This document shows positions 20,329-31,300 of a stretch of 64,000 bases of DNA, piece after piece. Source of the stretch: Kofleriaceae bacterium (lineage in GTDB: Bacteria; Myxococcota_A; Polyangia; Haliangiales; Haliangiaceae); NCBI GenBank assembly GCA_965215005.1, contig CBDCCZ010000060.1, forward strand, positions 96,001 to 160,000, read 5' to 3'. A model generated the notes under the pieces. That model had not been told where the DNA came from, did not search any database, and was given only the letters and a program-made list of their open reading frames with translations. Position 1 is the first letter of the stretch; each line of letters opens with the position of its first letter. Position numbers and translations under genes: made by a program.

Positions 20329-20520
20329 TTACGAGTGGCTCGGCAGCAGCTCCGCGTCTTCGGTGTCGTCATCGACGCTAACCTCGCCGTCGTCATCCAC
20401 CGGCTTATCGACTTTGGGAGTGTCTTCGTCGAGCCCGAGACGTTTGCTCACGCGCTTGAAGAGCGTGGCTCCCAAGCTGTACCCAAAGCCAGTTACGACG
20501 GCGCGCAAGAAGACTTTCAT
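20329..20520 (-). CDS. Small hypothetical protein (63 aa, acidic tail)
   Basis: MKVFLRAVVTGFGYSLGATLFKRVSKRLGL...; follows the enoyl-CoA hydratase on the same strand. Confidence 0.6.
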   Translation of the reverse strand: MKVFLRAVVTGFGYSLGATLFKRVSKRLGLDEDTPKVDKPVDDDGEVSVDDDTEDAELLPSHS

Positions 20521-20562
20521 GGCGCCATTGTAGCGGCTTTGGTGTGCAGCGGCCACCGGCGG

Positions 20563-21348
20563 TCAGCGCCCCGTGAATGCCGGGTCGCGCTTGTCGACGA
20601 AGGCGCGAATGCCTTCACGGGCGTCGCTCGAGGTGAAGAGTCCCTGCTGCAGCTCGCGCTCCAGGGCGAGCCCGGCGGCCATCGGTAGCTCACCGCCCGT
20701 CTGCACGGCGCGCTTGATGCCGCCAACTGCTTTGGCAGCTTTGTTAGGAGGACAGAAGCTGCGGGCGAGCTCGAGCACCTGCGACTCGAAGTCGCCGTCG
20801 GCGAAAATCTGGCTGAGGAGCCCCAGCGCGAGAGCCTGCTGGACGTCCAGGCGCTCGCCGCGAATCATGAGCTCCATCGCCTTGGCCTTGCCGAGCAAGC
20901 GAGTGAGGCGTTGGGTGCCGCCGGTCCCGGGAAGCACTCCAAGAGCGACCTCCGGCAAGCCGAGCTTGGCGCTACCGGCTTTGGCGACGCGCAGATCAGC
21001 GGCCATGGCGACTTCTAGGCCGCCGCCGACGCAGTGACCATTGATCGCCGCGATGACCAGCTTGGGAGTGTTTTCGAGGCGCAGAAGCGTCTCGTTGGCG
21101 TGAAGACAGAAGTAATACTTGAACTCGGGAGTTGCCGAATCGAGCATCGCGATGTCGGCGCCGGCGCAGAAGAACTTCTCGCCTGCACCGGTTAGCACCA
21201 ACACGTGCACGTCCGCATCCATGCGCGCGGCCAGGATTGCCTCGTCGAGCTCGCGGAACATCTCGTACGAGTAGGCGTTGGCGGGCGGGTTTGTAAGCTG
21301 CAAGACGGCGACGCCGCCCTCCACTCGATATTCAACTAGCTTTGCCAT
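20563..21348 (-). CDS. Enoyl-CoA hydratase/isomerase (crotonase) family protein
   Basis: [35 protein letters not shown]. Confidence 0.95.
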   Translation of the reverse strand: MAKLVEYRVEGGVAVLQLTNPPANAYSYEMFRELDEAILAARMDADVHVLVLTGAGEKFFCAGADIAMLDSATPEFKYYFCLHANETLLRLENTPKLVIAAINGHCVGGGLEVAMAADLRVAKAGSAKLGLPEVALGVLPGTGGTQRLTRLLGKAKAMELMIRGERLDVQQALALGLLSQIFADGDFESQVLELARSFCPPNKAAKAVGGIKRAVQTGGELPMAAGLALERELQQGLFTSSDAREGIRAFVDKRDPAFTGR

Positions 21349-21391
21349 GCGGCGTTCTACCGCATTTGACGGCGCTAGCGGCAGCTGCGAG

Positions 21392-22243
21392 TCAATCCAT
21401 GAGATCGCCGTAGAGCTCGGGTCGGCGGTCGCGAAAAAAGCCGAAGCTGGCCCGCTCGCGGGCGATTTGCGCCAGGTCGAGCGTGGCTACGCACACGCCG
21501 TCGCTCTCGCGCTCGAGCTCGCAGAGCTTATCGCCGCGATTGTTGGCGACGAACGAGCAGCCATAGAACGTGGTGCCGTTCTCGACACCGGTTCGGTTGG
21601 CGGCGATGACTCCCACCATGTTGGCAACGGCGTGTCCAACCATCACTCGCTGCCACATGTCTTTGGTGTCGAGGTCTGGGGCGTGCGGCTCCGAACCGAT
21701 GGCGGTTGGATAGAGAAGTACATCGGCGCCGGCCAACGTCATGGCTCGCGCCGCTTCAGGAAACCATTGATCCCAGCAGATACCGACCCCAATGGTGCCA
21801 AAGCGCGTCTTCCACGCCTTGAAGCCGGTGTTGCCGGGGCGAAAGTAAAACTTCTCTTGATAGCCGGGGCCGTCGGGAATGTGCGCCTTGCGATACACGC
21901 CGAGAAGCGCGCCGCCGGCATCGACGATGGCGATGCTGTTGTAGTAGCTCGGCCCGGAACGCTCGAAGAACGACACCGGCAGGACCACATCGAGCTCTTC
22001 CGCCAATGCTCGAAAGTGCTCGATCGTGGGATGACCCGCGCAGGGATGAGCACGGTCGAAGTTGTGCTCTTCTTGCTGATGAGGAAAGTAGTGCCCTTCG
22101 AACAGCTCGGGCATGAGAATGAGCTTTGCACCGCGGCTGGCAGCCTGGCGCACGAGCTCCGTCATACGGGCGACGTTCTCGGCAACCGAGTCAGACAACG
22201 CCGCTTGTACGGCGGCGACAGTGAGAGAAGAGGGTGCGCTCAC
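21392..22243 (-). CDS. aguB: N-carbamoylputrescine amidase (nitrilase fold)
   Basis: PELF, YRKAHIPDGPGYQEKFYF, GICWDQWFPE, YPTAIGSEP; overlaps the aguA stop. Confidence 0.95.
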   Translation of the reverse strand: MSAPSSLTVAAVQAALSDSVAENVARMTELVRQAASRGAKLILMPELFEGHYFPHQQEEHNFDRAHPCAGHPTIEHFRALAEELDVVLPVSFFERSGPSYYNSIAIVDAGGALLGVYRKAHIPDGPGYQEKFYFRPGNTGFKAWKTRFGTIGVGICWDQWFPEAARAMTLAGADVLLYPTAIGSEPHAPDLDTKDMWQRVMVGHAVANMVGVIAANRTGVENGTTFYGCSFVANNRGDKLCELERESDGVCVATLDLAQIARERASFGFFRDRRPELYGDLMD

Positions 22244-23256
22244 GGCTGCTCCTGAGTGATGCAGTGAAAGGCTCCGCCACCAACGAGCACCGCCCGCGCG
22301 TCGAGCCCAACGGTGACCCGCGATGGAAAACAGGCGGCAATGCCCGCAACGGCCTCGTCGTCATAGCGCGAGCCATAGGTTGGCACCACCACCGCCGCAT
22401 TGCCGATATAAAAGTTGGCGTAGCTGGCGGGCATGACGCTGCCATCGCGGTCGAGTATGGGCCCCGGCGACGGTATGGTCACGATCTCGAAATGCGGCTC
22501 TAGAGCGGCGATAATGGCCCGCAGCGCGTGGGCATTGGGATCATCACCTTGCCGTGGCTCCATCGCCACGACTTGCCCCGGACCTACGAAACGTACCAGC
22601 GTGTCGATGTGGCCGTCGGTGTGATCGTTTTGAAGTCCTTCATCGACCCAAATGACCCGCTCCACTCCTAGCGCACTGCGAAGAATCGTCTCGATTTCTG
22701 GCTCCGTGAGGCCGGGATTGCGGTTGTCGTTGAGCAGACATTGGCGGGTGGTGAGACAGGCTCCAGCCCCATCGACCTCGAGCCCTCCACCTTCTGCGAT
22801 GAGCGCCGGGCGCTCGAGTAACGGCGTCGCAGTGGCGGCAGCGATGCGGCCCGCAACCTCCGCATCGTGCTCAAAGAGATATTTTCCGCCCCATCCATTG
22901 AACCCAAACGCCAACGCGGCGCGCTCGGCGCCCTGGGCGAGAAACAGCGGCCCGGTATCGCGCAGCCAAATGTCGCCGTACGGAATGCGATGAAAGCGCA
23001 CCGGAATCTCCAGCCGTTGTCGCGCGTCAGCCTCGCATGCGTCATCGAGCACCAGCACCTCGATGCTCTCACCTCGGACCACGCCAGTGAGCGGATCGGG
23101 GGCGGCGATGGCCCTACACAGCTCGGCGACATTGGCACGCACGGCATCGAGCTCGCCGCGCCACTCATCGGCGTGGGCCGGCCAGGCGAGCCAAACAGCG
23201 CGGTGGATATGCCATTCGGGCAAGCGGGCGAAGCCGCGCGGTCGAGGACTGGTCAC
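22240..23256 (-). CDS. aguA: Agmatine deiminase
   Basis: PEW, DIWLRDTGP, FNGWGGKY, EGG, DHTDGHID, GGAFHCITQEQP. Confidence 0.95.
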   Translation of the reverse strand: MTSPRPRGFARLPEWHIHRAVWLAWPAHADEWRGELDAVRANVAELCRAIAAPDPLTGVVRGESIEVLVLDDACEADARQRLEIPVRFHRIPYGDIWLRDTGPLFLAQGAERAALAFGFNGWGGKYLFEHDAEVAGRIAAATATPLLERPALIAEGGGLEVDGAGACLTTRQCLLNDNRNPGLTEPEIETILRSALGVERVIWVDEGLQNDHTDGHIDTLVRFVGPGQVVAMEPRQGDDPNAHALRAIIAALEPHFEIVTIPSPGPILDRDGSVMPASYANFYIGNAAVVVPTYGSRYDDEAVAGIAACFPSRVTVGLDARAVLVGGGAFHCITQEQP

Positions 23257-23375
23257 CGCCGGCTTCTACCAGAGCAAAGGCGCTGGCGGAAGCAGAGGTG
23301 AGTCGCTCGGCGACTTTTTTGCCCCCGAGAATTCCCCTCGCGAGCTGGCGGGGGCTACGTTGATGAGGCTGCGCC

Positions 23376-24815
23376 ATGTGGGAGTCCCTCATCGCCATCA
23401 TCATCGGCAGCTTCGGCATCGGCTCGGCACTGCACGCGCTGCTGCACAAGCGCGACCCGCGCTCGACGCTGGGGTGGACGGTGGTCTGCGTCATGCTGCC
23501 GTTCGTGGGGGCGGCCGCGTACTGGGTGCTAGGCGTCAATCGCATCAAGACCCGTGCACGAGCCTGGCAGGAGGGCGGGCGCTTTAAGCCGGGCACCGAG
23601 CGGACCTACGCGCCAGTGGAGACCAATCTGGCGGCCGAGCACCCGCAGATGGCGCGCACCATGAGCTCGCTGGTGCTGATTTCGGAGCGCGTGACCAAGA
23701 AGCCGCTGATCGGCGGCAATCACGTCGAGCCGCTGTTCAACGGAGAAATCGCCTATCCAAAGATGCTCGAAGCGATCGAGCAAGCCCAGCGATCGGTGTA
23801 TCTCTGCACCTACCTCTTCGACACCGACGAAGCCGGGCGGCGGTTCATCGATAAGCTCGCGACCGCGGCGTCGCGTGGGGTCGATGTGCGGGTGCTCGTC
23901 GATGCGATCGGCGAGCGCTACTCACGGCCGCGGGCGTCCAAATTGCTGCGCAAGCGCAGCGGTGTGAAGGTTGCGACGTTCTTGCCGATCACGCCGACAC
24001 TGAAGGGGTTGCGCATCAACCTGCGCAACCACCGCAAGCTGCTCATCACCGATGGTCATGTCGGCTTTACCGGCGGCATGAACATCGGCCAGCGGCACAT
24101 GGTCGAGGACGCTAACAACCGGCACAAAACCCAGGACGTGCATTTCCGCGTCACCGGCCCGGCAGTCTACGCGCTCGAGGACATGTTTTTTGAGGACTGG
24201 TACTTCACCACGGGGCAGCATCCTCCGAGCTCGCGCCAGGAGGTGCCCGAGGTGGAGCCAACCGGAACGGCGCTGTGCCGCCCGATTCCCGATGGTCCTA
24301 ATGAAGACTTCGAGGCGCTACAATGGATTCTCGTTGGGGCGTTGAGCTGCGCGCAGAAGCGCGTGCAGATCATGACGCCATACTTCATCCCCAGCCGTGA
24401 GTTACTTGCAGCTCTCAACGCGGCGTCGCTGCGCGGCGTGCGGGTCGATGTCATCCTCCCGCGCGACAACAACCTGCCGTTCGTGGCTTGGGCAGCACAG
24501 GCCATGCTCGCCGAGGTGCTGCAGTACGGTACCCGCGTTTATTATCAGCCGCCGCCGTTCAACCACTCCAAGCTGCTCATCGTCGATGAGTTTTACGTCG
24601 TGCTCGGCTCCGCCAACCTCGACCCGCGTAGCTTGCGGCTCAACTTCGAGTTCAATCTCGAGGTCTATGATCCTGCGCTAGCCGCTGAGCTCTCGGCGCA
24701 CTTCGAGCGCGTGCGCCGGCATTCCCAGCCCATCACCATGGAAGAGCTCGAGGCGCGGTCGCTGCTGATCAAGTTTCGCGACGCGGTGACGAAGCTGGCG
24801 GCGCCGTATCTGTAG
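23376..24815 (+). CDS. cls: Cardiolipin synthase
   Basis: Two N-terminal TM helices; two HKD motifs (RNHRKLLITD, NHSKLLIVD); GSANLDPRSLRLNFE. Confidence 0.95.
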   Translation: MWESLIAIIIGSFGIGSALHALLHKRDPRSTLGWTVVCVMLPFVGAAAYWVLGVNRIKTRARAWQEGGRFKPGTERTYAPVETNLAAEHPQMARTMSSLVLISERVTKKPLIGGNHVEPLFNGEIAYPKMLEAIEQAQRSVYLCTYLFDTDEAGRRFIDKLATAASRGVDVRVLVDAIGERYSRPRASKLLRKRSGVKVATFLPITPTLKGLRINLRNHRKLLITDGHVGFTGGMNIGQRHMVEDANNRHKTQDVHFRVTGPAVYALEDMFFEDWYFTTGQHPPSSRQEVPEVEPTGTALCRPIPDGPNEDFEALQWILVGALSCAQKRVQIMTPYFIPSRELLAALNAASLRGVRVDVILPRDNNLPFVAWAAQAMLAEVLQYGTRVYYQPPPFNHSKLLIVDEFYVVLGSANLDPRSLRLNFEFNLEVYDPALAAELSAHFERVRRHSQPITMEELEARSLLIKFRDAVTKLAAPYL

Positions 24816-25998
24816 CGCTGGTAACCGCTTCCGCGGCCGGCGCGAACGCGGGATCTGCGATACGTGCTCGCTCCGCAGCCACTTGTGCGATGCGTGCGAT
24901 GGCGCCGTGCCAGCCGCGCTCGGTTGCTGCGGCGGCGATGGCGAACGGGCTGCCAATCCCGAGCTCGAGCTGCGGGCGTACGTCGATGACCCAAACGCCG
25001 CCGGCGGAATCGAGGTGAAGATCGACTTGCGCGACATCGCGGCACCCCATCGCCCGGAACGCGCGCTGCGCGAGCTGCCGGAGACGTCCGGCCATGCCGG
25101 GCTCGAGCTGCGCCAGCGCCAGGCCTTCTGGCCGCGGCTCGGCCGTGGCGTAGGCGTCTTCTTCGTCGAGATAATCGCCGATCGCCTCATAAGATGCGTC
25201 GGCTTCGGACGGCTGCGCATCGAAGGCCTCTTCGGCGGCCGCCGCGGGCTCTAATTCGGTCACCGACTCGTCATTGTCATCGTTATGGCCGGCATCGTCC
25301 TCGTCGCTGCCGGCGTGCTCTTCATCGCCATAATGCAGCTCGACCAGCGGTAGAACCTCGAGCATGCGGTTGCCCATCACGATGGCATGCACCCGTCGTT
25401 CGCCGAGATACTCCTCGACGAGGTAGGGCATCTCGTATTCTTTCGCGAGCTCGGCGACCCGGTCTTCGAGATCGATGCGGCTGTAGATGGGGCGCTCGAT
25501 TCCTTCATCTTCGTAGATATCATCGAGTGCCTGCGTGACGATGAGCGGGTAGCACAGCTCAGACGTGTCGGGGATGGCGTTGACGTCGCGTATCACGGCG
25601 AACCCGGGCACGGGGACGCTTGCGTCGCGCAGCATCAGGTGGACACGCGAGCGGTCCTGCGCGGTAAAGAGGCACAGCGGATCGCCGCCTGCGTAGGGCA
25701 CTCCCAGCAGCCACAGGTAGCTGAGCACGTGGGGATGAGCGATGTCGTCGCCATAGAACTGATCGATGAGGTGAAAGACCAGATCGGGTTGCTCGACGAC
25801 GACGGCATCGGTGATGCGATCGACGTCGTCCTCGAGATTATGGAGAGCGACGCGATAATCAGCCAAGCGCAGTGCCGCGGTGACCTGTTGCGCGAGCGCC
25901 TGGCGCGGGGACGGCGTGATGGCGCCGGCCTCTTCGCCGCGATTCCAGAGCACGAGAATCTTCGGACGCGGCTTCTTGATGTGCGTGGCTGTAGTCAT
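24769..25998 (-). CDS. D-Ala-D-Ala ligase-like ATP-grasp protein, probably catalytically degenerate, with acidic insertion
   Basis: PDLVF, LLGVPYAG, VPVPGF, YPLIV, LVEEYL, A.RAFRAMGCRD.A.VD layout; key Lys/Arg/Glu/Asn residues replaced. Confidence 0.75.
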   Translation of the reverse strand: MTTATHIKKPRPKILVLWNRGEEAGAITPSPRQALAQQVTAALRLADYRVALHNLEDDVDRITDAVVVEQPDLVFHLIDQFYGDDIAHPHVLSYLWLLGVPYAGGDPLCLFTAQDRSRVHLMLRDASVPVPGFAVIRDVNAIPDTSELCYPLIVTQALDDIYEDEGIERPIYSRIDLEDRVAELAKEYEMPYLVEEYLGERRVHAIVMGNRMLEVLPLVELHYGDEEHAGSDEDDAGHNDDNDESVTELEPAAAAEEAFDAQPSEADASYEAIGDYLDEEDAYATAEPRPEGLALAQLEPGMAGRLRQLAQRAFRAMGCRDVAQVDLHLDSAGGVWVIDVRPQLELGIGSPFAIAAAATERGWHGAIARIAQVAAERARIADPAFAPAAEAVTSATDTAPPASSPRRET

Positions 25999-26288
25999 CG
26001 CGTTGGACGCGTCGTTGGCTGATAGTGGTTCTATCTCGCTGGCGCTCGAAGCGCAAACCGGCGGCACTGCTGGCAATTACGAGCTCGGCGTGACGGCGCG
26101 GGAATCTTCCCGTGGGGCACGCCGAGTCTACCGTCACGGCTGCTGCGGCGCGGGTTTCGAGAGTCGCCGTAGCCGAACTTCTCGGTGACGGCTCTTGTAA
26201 CGACGACAAGATGGTCGACGTAGTGCTCGAAGTTCGATGCAGCAGCGCTTCTAGCGTTGACTGCTATGCTCTTGGCTGCGGAGGTACC

Positions 26289-27008
26289 TTGAAAGCAATC
26301 GATGAAGATGTCGTCCTTCGCCCGCGCATGGCGCGGCGCGATTTTCTTCGCAACGCGGCTGCCGGCACGTTGGTGGTCGCGCTCGGCGGTGGCCTGTATC
26401 GCCTTGCTGTCGATGATCTGACGCGGTCGGCGCGCGCCGAGACGCGCCCCGATGGTCGACCCCGGTTGCCTCCCGGCCAGCGCGTGTTGGAAAAGCTCAA
26501 ACCGATGGGGGGCCGGCCCGGCAACCCCCGAGCGGCGGAATTCAGCCTCAAGGTGCATGGTGAGGTCGAGGCGCCGTTTTCGCTCGACTACGCCGCCTTA
26601 TTGGGCACGCCGGCGGTCGAGCGTATCGCCGATGTACATTGCGTGACCGGTTGGTCGGTGCTCGGTGCCCGTTTCAAGGGCGTCACGGTGGCTGCGCTTG
26701 CCGCGCGAGCCAAGCCTAAGAAGAGCGCGCGCTTCGTGATCTTCGAAGCAGCACACGGCTACACCGCCAATGTTCCTCTCGCCGAGGCGCTGCAGCCAAA
26801 CGTGCTGGTGTCGTATCGGATCGATGGCAGGCCGTACGCGCTTCCTCACGGTGCACCGGTGCGCGCGATCGTGCCGGATCTCTACTTCTGGAAGAGCGCC
26901 AAGTGGCTCACGGGGATTCGCTTCGTGAGTCGCGACGATCCTGGGTATTGGGAAGTTCGCGGCTATCACAACCACGGCAATCCCTGGCGCGAAGAGCGCT
27001 ACTCCTAG
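26289..27008 (+). CDS. Tat-exported sulfite-oxidase-family molybdopterin oxidoreductase (MsrP/YuiH-like)
   Basis: RRDFL twin-arginine motif, RLPPGQ, DVHCVTGWS (Mo-binding Cys), HGAPVR, KSAKW, GYWE.RGYH; GGAGG SD before TTG. Confidence 0.9.
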   Translation: MKAIDEDVVLRPRMARRDFLRNAAAGTLVVALGGGLYRLAVDDLTRSARAETRPDGRPRLPPGQRVLEKLKPMGGRPGNPRAAEFSLKVHGEVEAPFSLDYAALLGTPAVERIADVHCVTGWSVLGARFKGVTVAALAARAKPKKSARFVIFEAAHGYTANVPLAEALQPNVLVSYRIDGRPYALPHGAPVRAIVPDLYFWKSAKWLTGIRFVSRDDPGYWEVRGYHNHGNPWREERYS

Positions 27009-27046
27009 CCGTGGTGAAAACCAGTGAATCACCGCGTCGCGGTGTC

Positions 27047-27676
27047 ATGCGCGTGGTGCAAAAGCGCTGGCGAGCGTGGCTTCGCGCTGTGCACCGCGAC
27101 TTTGGCTACTTGGCGATCGGCCTCACGCTGATCTACGCCATCTCAGGATTGGCGCTCAATCATATTGGCCAGTGGGATCCCAACTTTCAGTCGGGACAAG
27201 CAACGCATCAGCTCGAGCCGCTCCCCGCAAGCGAAGCCGAGGCCACCAAACGGGTGCTCGAGGCCCTAGACATCGACGAAACGCCGCGCCGAGTCGACAT
27301 GATTGCGGGCGTCGAGATGCAAATCTTCTTCGAGCACCGGACGCTGAACGTCGATTTGGCTTCTGGAACGGTTTATGACGAGTGGAGCGAGCCGCGATTC
27401 TTTTTGCGAGTTGCCAACTGGCTGCACGCGAATCGCGGCAAGGCTGCCTGGACCTACGTGGCCGATGCCTACGCCGTGCTCCTGCTCTATCTGGCGATCT
27501 CGGGAATGTTCATGCTCAAAGGACGGCTGGGATTGCGCGGGCGCGGCGGCGTGTTGATAGCGGCGGGAATCTTGGTTCCTATCGTTTATCTGCAGCTCGC
27601 CGGCGGTCCTTCGGATGGCGAGGTTACCGCCGAAGCACCGGCCGCGGCCGCCCCGGCGACGGGGGCGGCCGACTAA
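27047..27676 (+). CDS. PepSY-associated TM helix membrane protein
   Basis: WLRAVHRDFGY, YAISGLALNH, NWLH, three TM helices. Confidence 0.85.
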   Translation: MRVVQKRWRAWLRAVHRDFGYLAIGLTLIYAISGLALNHIGQWDPNFQSGQATHQLEPLPASEAEATKRVLEALDIDETPRRVDMIAGVEMQIFFEHRTLNVDLASGTVYDEWSEPRFFLRVANWLHANRGKAAWTYVADAYAVLLLYLAISGMFMLKGRLGLRGRGGVLIAAGILVPIVYLQLAGGPSDGEVTAEAPAAAAPATGAAD

Positions 27677-27724
27677 CGCCGGAGAACGAGCTTGCCTCGT
27701 GCGTTGCTGCACGCAGGGCACAGG

Positions 27725-28198
27725 CTACTTCTTGAGAGAGATCTTCTTGGGCTTGCTCTCGGCCTTCTTGCCGATGCTCACGTTCAGTACGCCGTCTTTG
27801 AGGTTGGCTTCGATCCGTTCGCCATCGGCGGCTTCTGGAAGCGAGAACGAGCGCGTGAAGTTACCGTAGCTGCGCTCGTAGAGATAATAGGTTTCACCCT
27901 CTTTGCGTTCTTCCGACTGCCGCATGCCACTGATCGTGAGGACGTTCTTGTGTAGCGAGACGTCGAGGTCTTCTTCTTTGACCCCCGGTAGATCCGCGCG
28001 CAGTAGGTAGGAATCGTCGCGTTCGAGGACCTCGAAAGAAGGCGTGAACGCGCTGGCGTTGCGGCCGCCGCGATGATCGCTAAAGGGATCGAAGCCGAAG
28101 AACTCGCGAGCGAATGAAGTGAGCGGGTCCCGGTAGCGAACCGTCTCGTTGCCGTTGCCGTTGCCGTTGCCGTTACGTTTCTGCATTGCCTGGTTCAT
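27725..28198 (-). CDS. Hsp20/alpha-crystallin small heat shock protein
   Basis: [37 protein letters not shown]-terminal (NG)n from a TTGCCG repeat. Confidence 0.96.
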   Translation of the reverse strand: MNQAMQKRNGNGNGNGNETVRYRDPLTSFAREFFGFDPFSDHRGGRNASAFTPSFEVLERDDSYLLRADLPGVKEEDLDVSLHKNVLTISGMRQSEERKEGETYYLYERSYGNFTRSFSLPEAADGERIEANLKDGVLNVSIGKKAESKPKKISLKK

Positions 28199-28317
28199 GG
28201 CTGACTCCTCAGGGTTATTGCTCGTGATTTCCTTTGTTTTCGCGCCATGCCGGCGCTCGGATATCGGTAAGCATCACCGCGTGGGACGCCAAGGTCTTGA
28301 CTGCAAAAATTGTCTGG

Positions 28318-31300
28318 TTAAGGGCCCGTTCCCCAACCACCACCGCCGGGCGTCTCGAGGCGCACGCGGTCACCGGCGACGCCCTCCAGCGTCACCTTGC
28401 CCGCAAGCTCCTGACCATTGCGGAGGTTCCTGCCAACTGCGCCGGGGCCACCCCCGGCGAGCCCAAACGGCGCGCGACTGCGCCGCTCGCTGAGAATGGA
28501 GATGCGCATCGGCTCGAGGAGCTCAAGCTCGCGGACCACGCCGTCGCCACCCTTGTGCGCGCCAGCGCCGCCCGAGCCGGGGCGCAGCGAAAACTCGAGC
28601 AGCCGTACCGGAAATCGCGCTTCGAGAACCTCGGGGTCGGTGATGCGCGTGTTGGTCATGTGCGTGTGCACCGCCGAGGCGCCCGGCGCATTCGCCGTGG
28701 CGCCCGCGCCGCCGGCAATGGTTTCGTAATAGCCAAACTTCTCAGTTCCAAAGGTGAGATTGTTCATCGTGCCTTGGCTGGCGGCCGCTTTGCCGAGGGC
28801 GCCGAGCAGAACATCGACCACGCGCTGCGAAGTTTCGACGTTGCCGCCGACGACGGCGCTGCCAGCTGGTGGCGAGAGAATGGTGTTGTCTGGAATGTAG
28901 ATGTCGACTGGCTGCAGGCAACCACTGTTGAGTGGAATCGGCGCACCGACTAGCGTGCGCAGCACGTAGATGACTGCGGCGATGGTCACCGCCCGCGGCG
29001 CATTGAGATTGCCGCTCGAGGCGCCGCCGGTACCGGTGAAGTCAAAGCTCATGCGCTCGCCTCGCACGATGATGGTCACCGCGATGACGGTGCCGTCGTC
29101 CAGGGCATCGGTGAAGCGATAGCGGCCATCTCTCACGGCGGCTATTTCCGCCGCAACCTGCGCCGCTGCGTTGGCTCGGACGTGGCCCATGTACGCAGCG
29201 ACGGTGGCGCGCCCGTAGCGCTCGACCAGTCGTTTCAAGAGTCGCGCACCGGTGGTGCAGGCGGCGACTTGGGCCTGCAGATCGAGGATATTGCTGCGCG
29301 GGTCCCGCGCCGGATGCACGGCGCCGGAGAGCGCCGCCATCACCGCGCTCTCATCGAAGCGATGATCACAAACGATCGGCAAGCCGCGAAAGACGACGCC
29401 TTCATCGGCGAGGCATCGCGAGAACGGCGGCATCGATCCCGGCGTGATGCCGCCAATGTCGGCGTGATGGCCGCGGCTGGCGGTGAAGAACGCCAGCGTC
29501 CCATCGTCTTGATGAACCGGTGCGATGACGGTGACGTCGGGCAGATGCGAGCCGCCCATCGCGGGGTCGTTCACTGCGTACACAGCGCCGCGCTCGGGCT
29601 CGGGATAACGCGCGAGGACCCCTTTGATCGATTCGCCCATTGCGCCCAAATGCACCGGAATGTGGGGGGCGTTGGCGACGAGGTTGCCCTTGGCGTCGAA
29701 GAGCGCACACGAGAAATCGAGGCGCTCGCGGATGTTGGTCGACACGGCAGTACGCTGCAGTGCATTGCCCATCTGCGCAGCGATGGACATGAACACGTTG
29801 TTGAAGATCTCGAGACGAACCGGGTCGACGATGGTTTCGTCATTTGGAGGATCGGCGACGCTCGGCTGCGTATCGCGCATGATCAGCCGGCCGGCATCAT
29901 CGACCTGCAGCTGCCAGCCCTGATCGATCGCGATCGTGCCTGTGTCATCGAGAATCAACGCCGGACCTTCTAGCGTTGCGTGGGCGGGCAGCACCTCGCG
30001 CGGATACACCGCCACGTCGCGAAAGCCGCCGTCGGTCCACATCCGCGCGGTGCGGCTCGGCTGCGCATCGTCACCGCTTGGCCACGGCGAGCTCGGCGGC
30101 GTCTGCAGGTGAGCCCGGGCTTCGATTCGAAGTGTAGTGACCTCGACGAGCTCTTGACGACGCACGTACCCGTAGAGCGTGCGGTGCTCGGCTTCGAACG
30201 CCTCTCGTAGCCCCGCCGCCCCCGTCTCCGGCAGCTCGATGGCGAGCGGCGTATCGGTACCTCGGTAGCGCACGTCGGCGCGGCGTATCAGGCGCGTTGA
30301 ACCTGGGTCGAAGCCTTCGTCGGCCATTGCCCGCGTAGCGCGCGCTTCGAGCGCAGAGAAATCCAGCTCGAGCCCCGCCTCGAGCGGCGCCTGCCCAGCA
30401 TCCGCCTCACCGTCCCAGCTCACATCGGCAAGCCCCATCCCATAGGCCGACAACACACCGGCGAAGCGGTCTACGATCAGAGTGCGGATGCCCAGTTGAC
30501 GCGCGATGGGACAAGCGTGCTGGCCACCGGCGCCGCCAAACACTACCAGCGCGTATTCGCGGACGTCACGACCACGCGCGATCGACACTTGTCGAATGGC
30601 CTCCGCCATGTTCGCGTTCGCAACTTCGAAGAAGCCGGCAGCGACGCGAAACCGATCATCGTAGTGACCATGCGATGAATCTGCTCCAATCCGCGCTGTA
30701 ATCGCTTCGAGCGCACGCTCGGCAGCAGTGGCATCGAGAGGCAGCGGAAAGCGGTCGCCGACGAGCCGGCCAAGGATCAGGTTCACGTCGGTGATGGTGA
30801 GCTCGTGAGCATCTTCGCGACCGTAGCAAAGCGGCCCTGGAACGGCGCCGGCGCTGTCGGGGCCGACGATGAACCGACCGCCGTGGTAGCGACAGATCGA
30901 GCCGCCGCCGGCAGCCACGGTGTGGATCGCCATCATCGGCGCTCGCAGGCGCACCCCCGCGATCTCGGTCTCGTACTCGCGCTCGAACTCACCGTCGAAG
31001 GCGGAGACGTCGGTGGAGGTGCCGCCCATATCGAAGCCGATGGCGCGCGCATGGCCGGCTGCACGCGCGACATGGGCGAACGCGACCACGCCACCGGCCG
31101 GGCCCGAAAGCACCGCGTTCTTGCCGCGAAATCGGCTGGCATCGGTGAGCCCCCCAGAGGACTGCATGATGCGCAGGCTCGAGCCCGGAAGCTCGGCGAG
31201 CAGCGCGGCAACGTAGTCGCGAATCAGCGGCGTGAGATACGCATCCACCACAGTGGTGTCGCCGCGACCCACCATACCCATCTCTGCGGTGACTTGGTGA

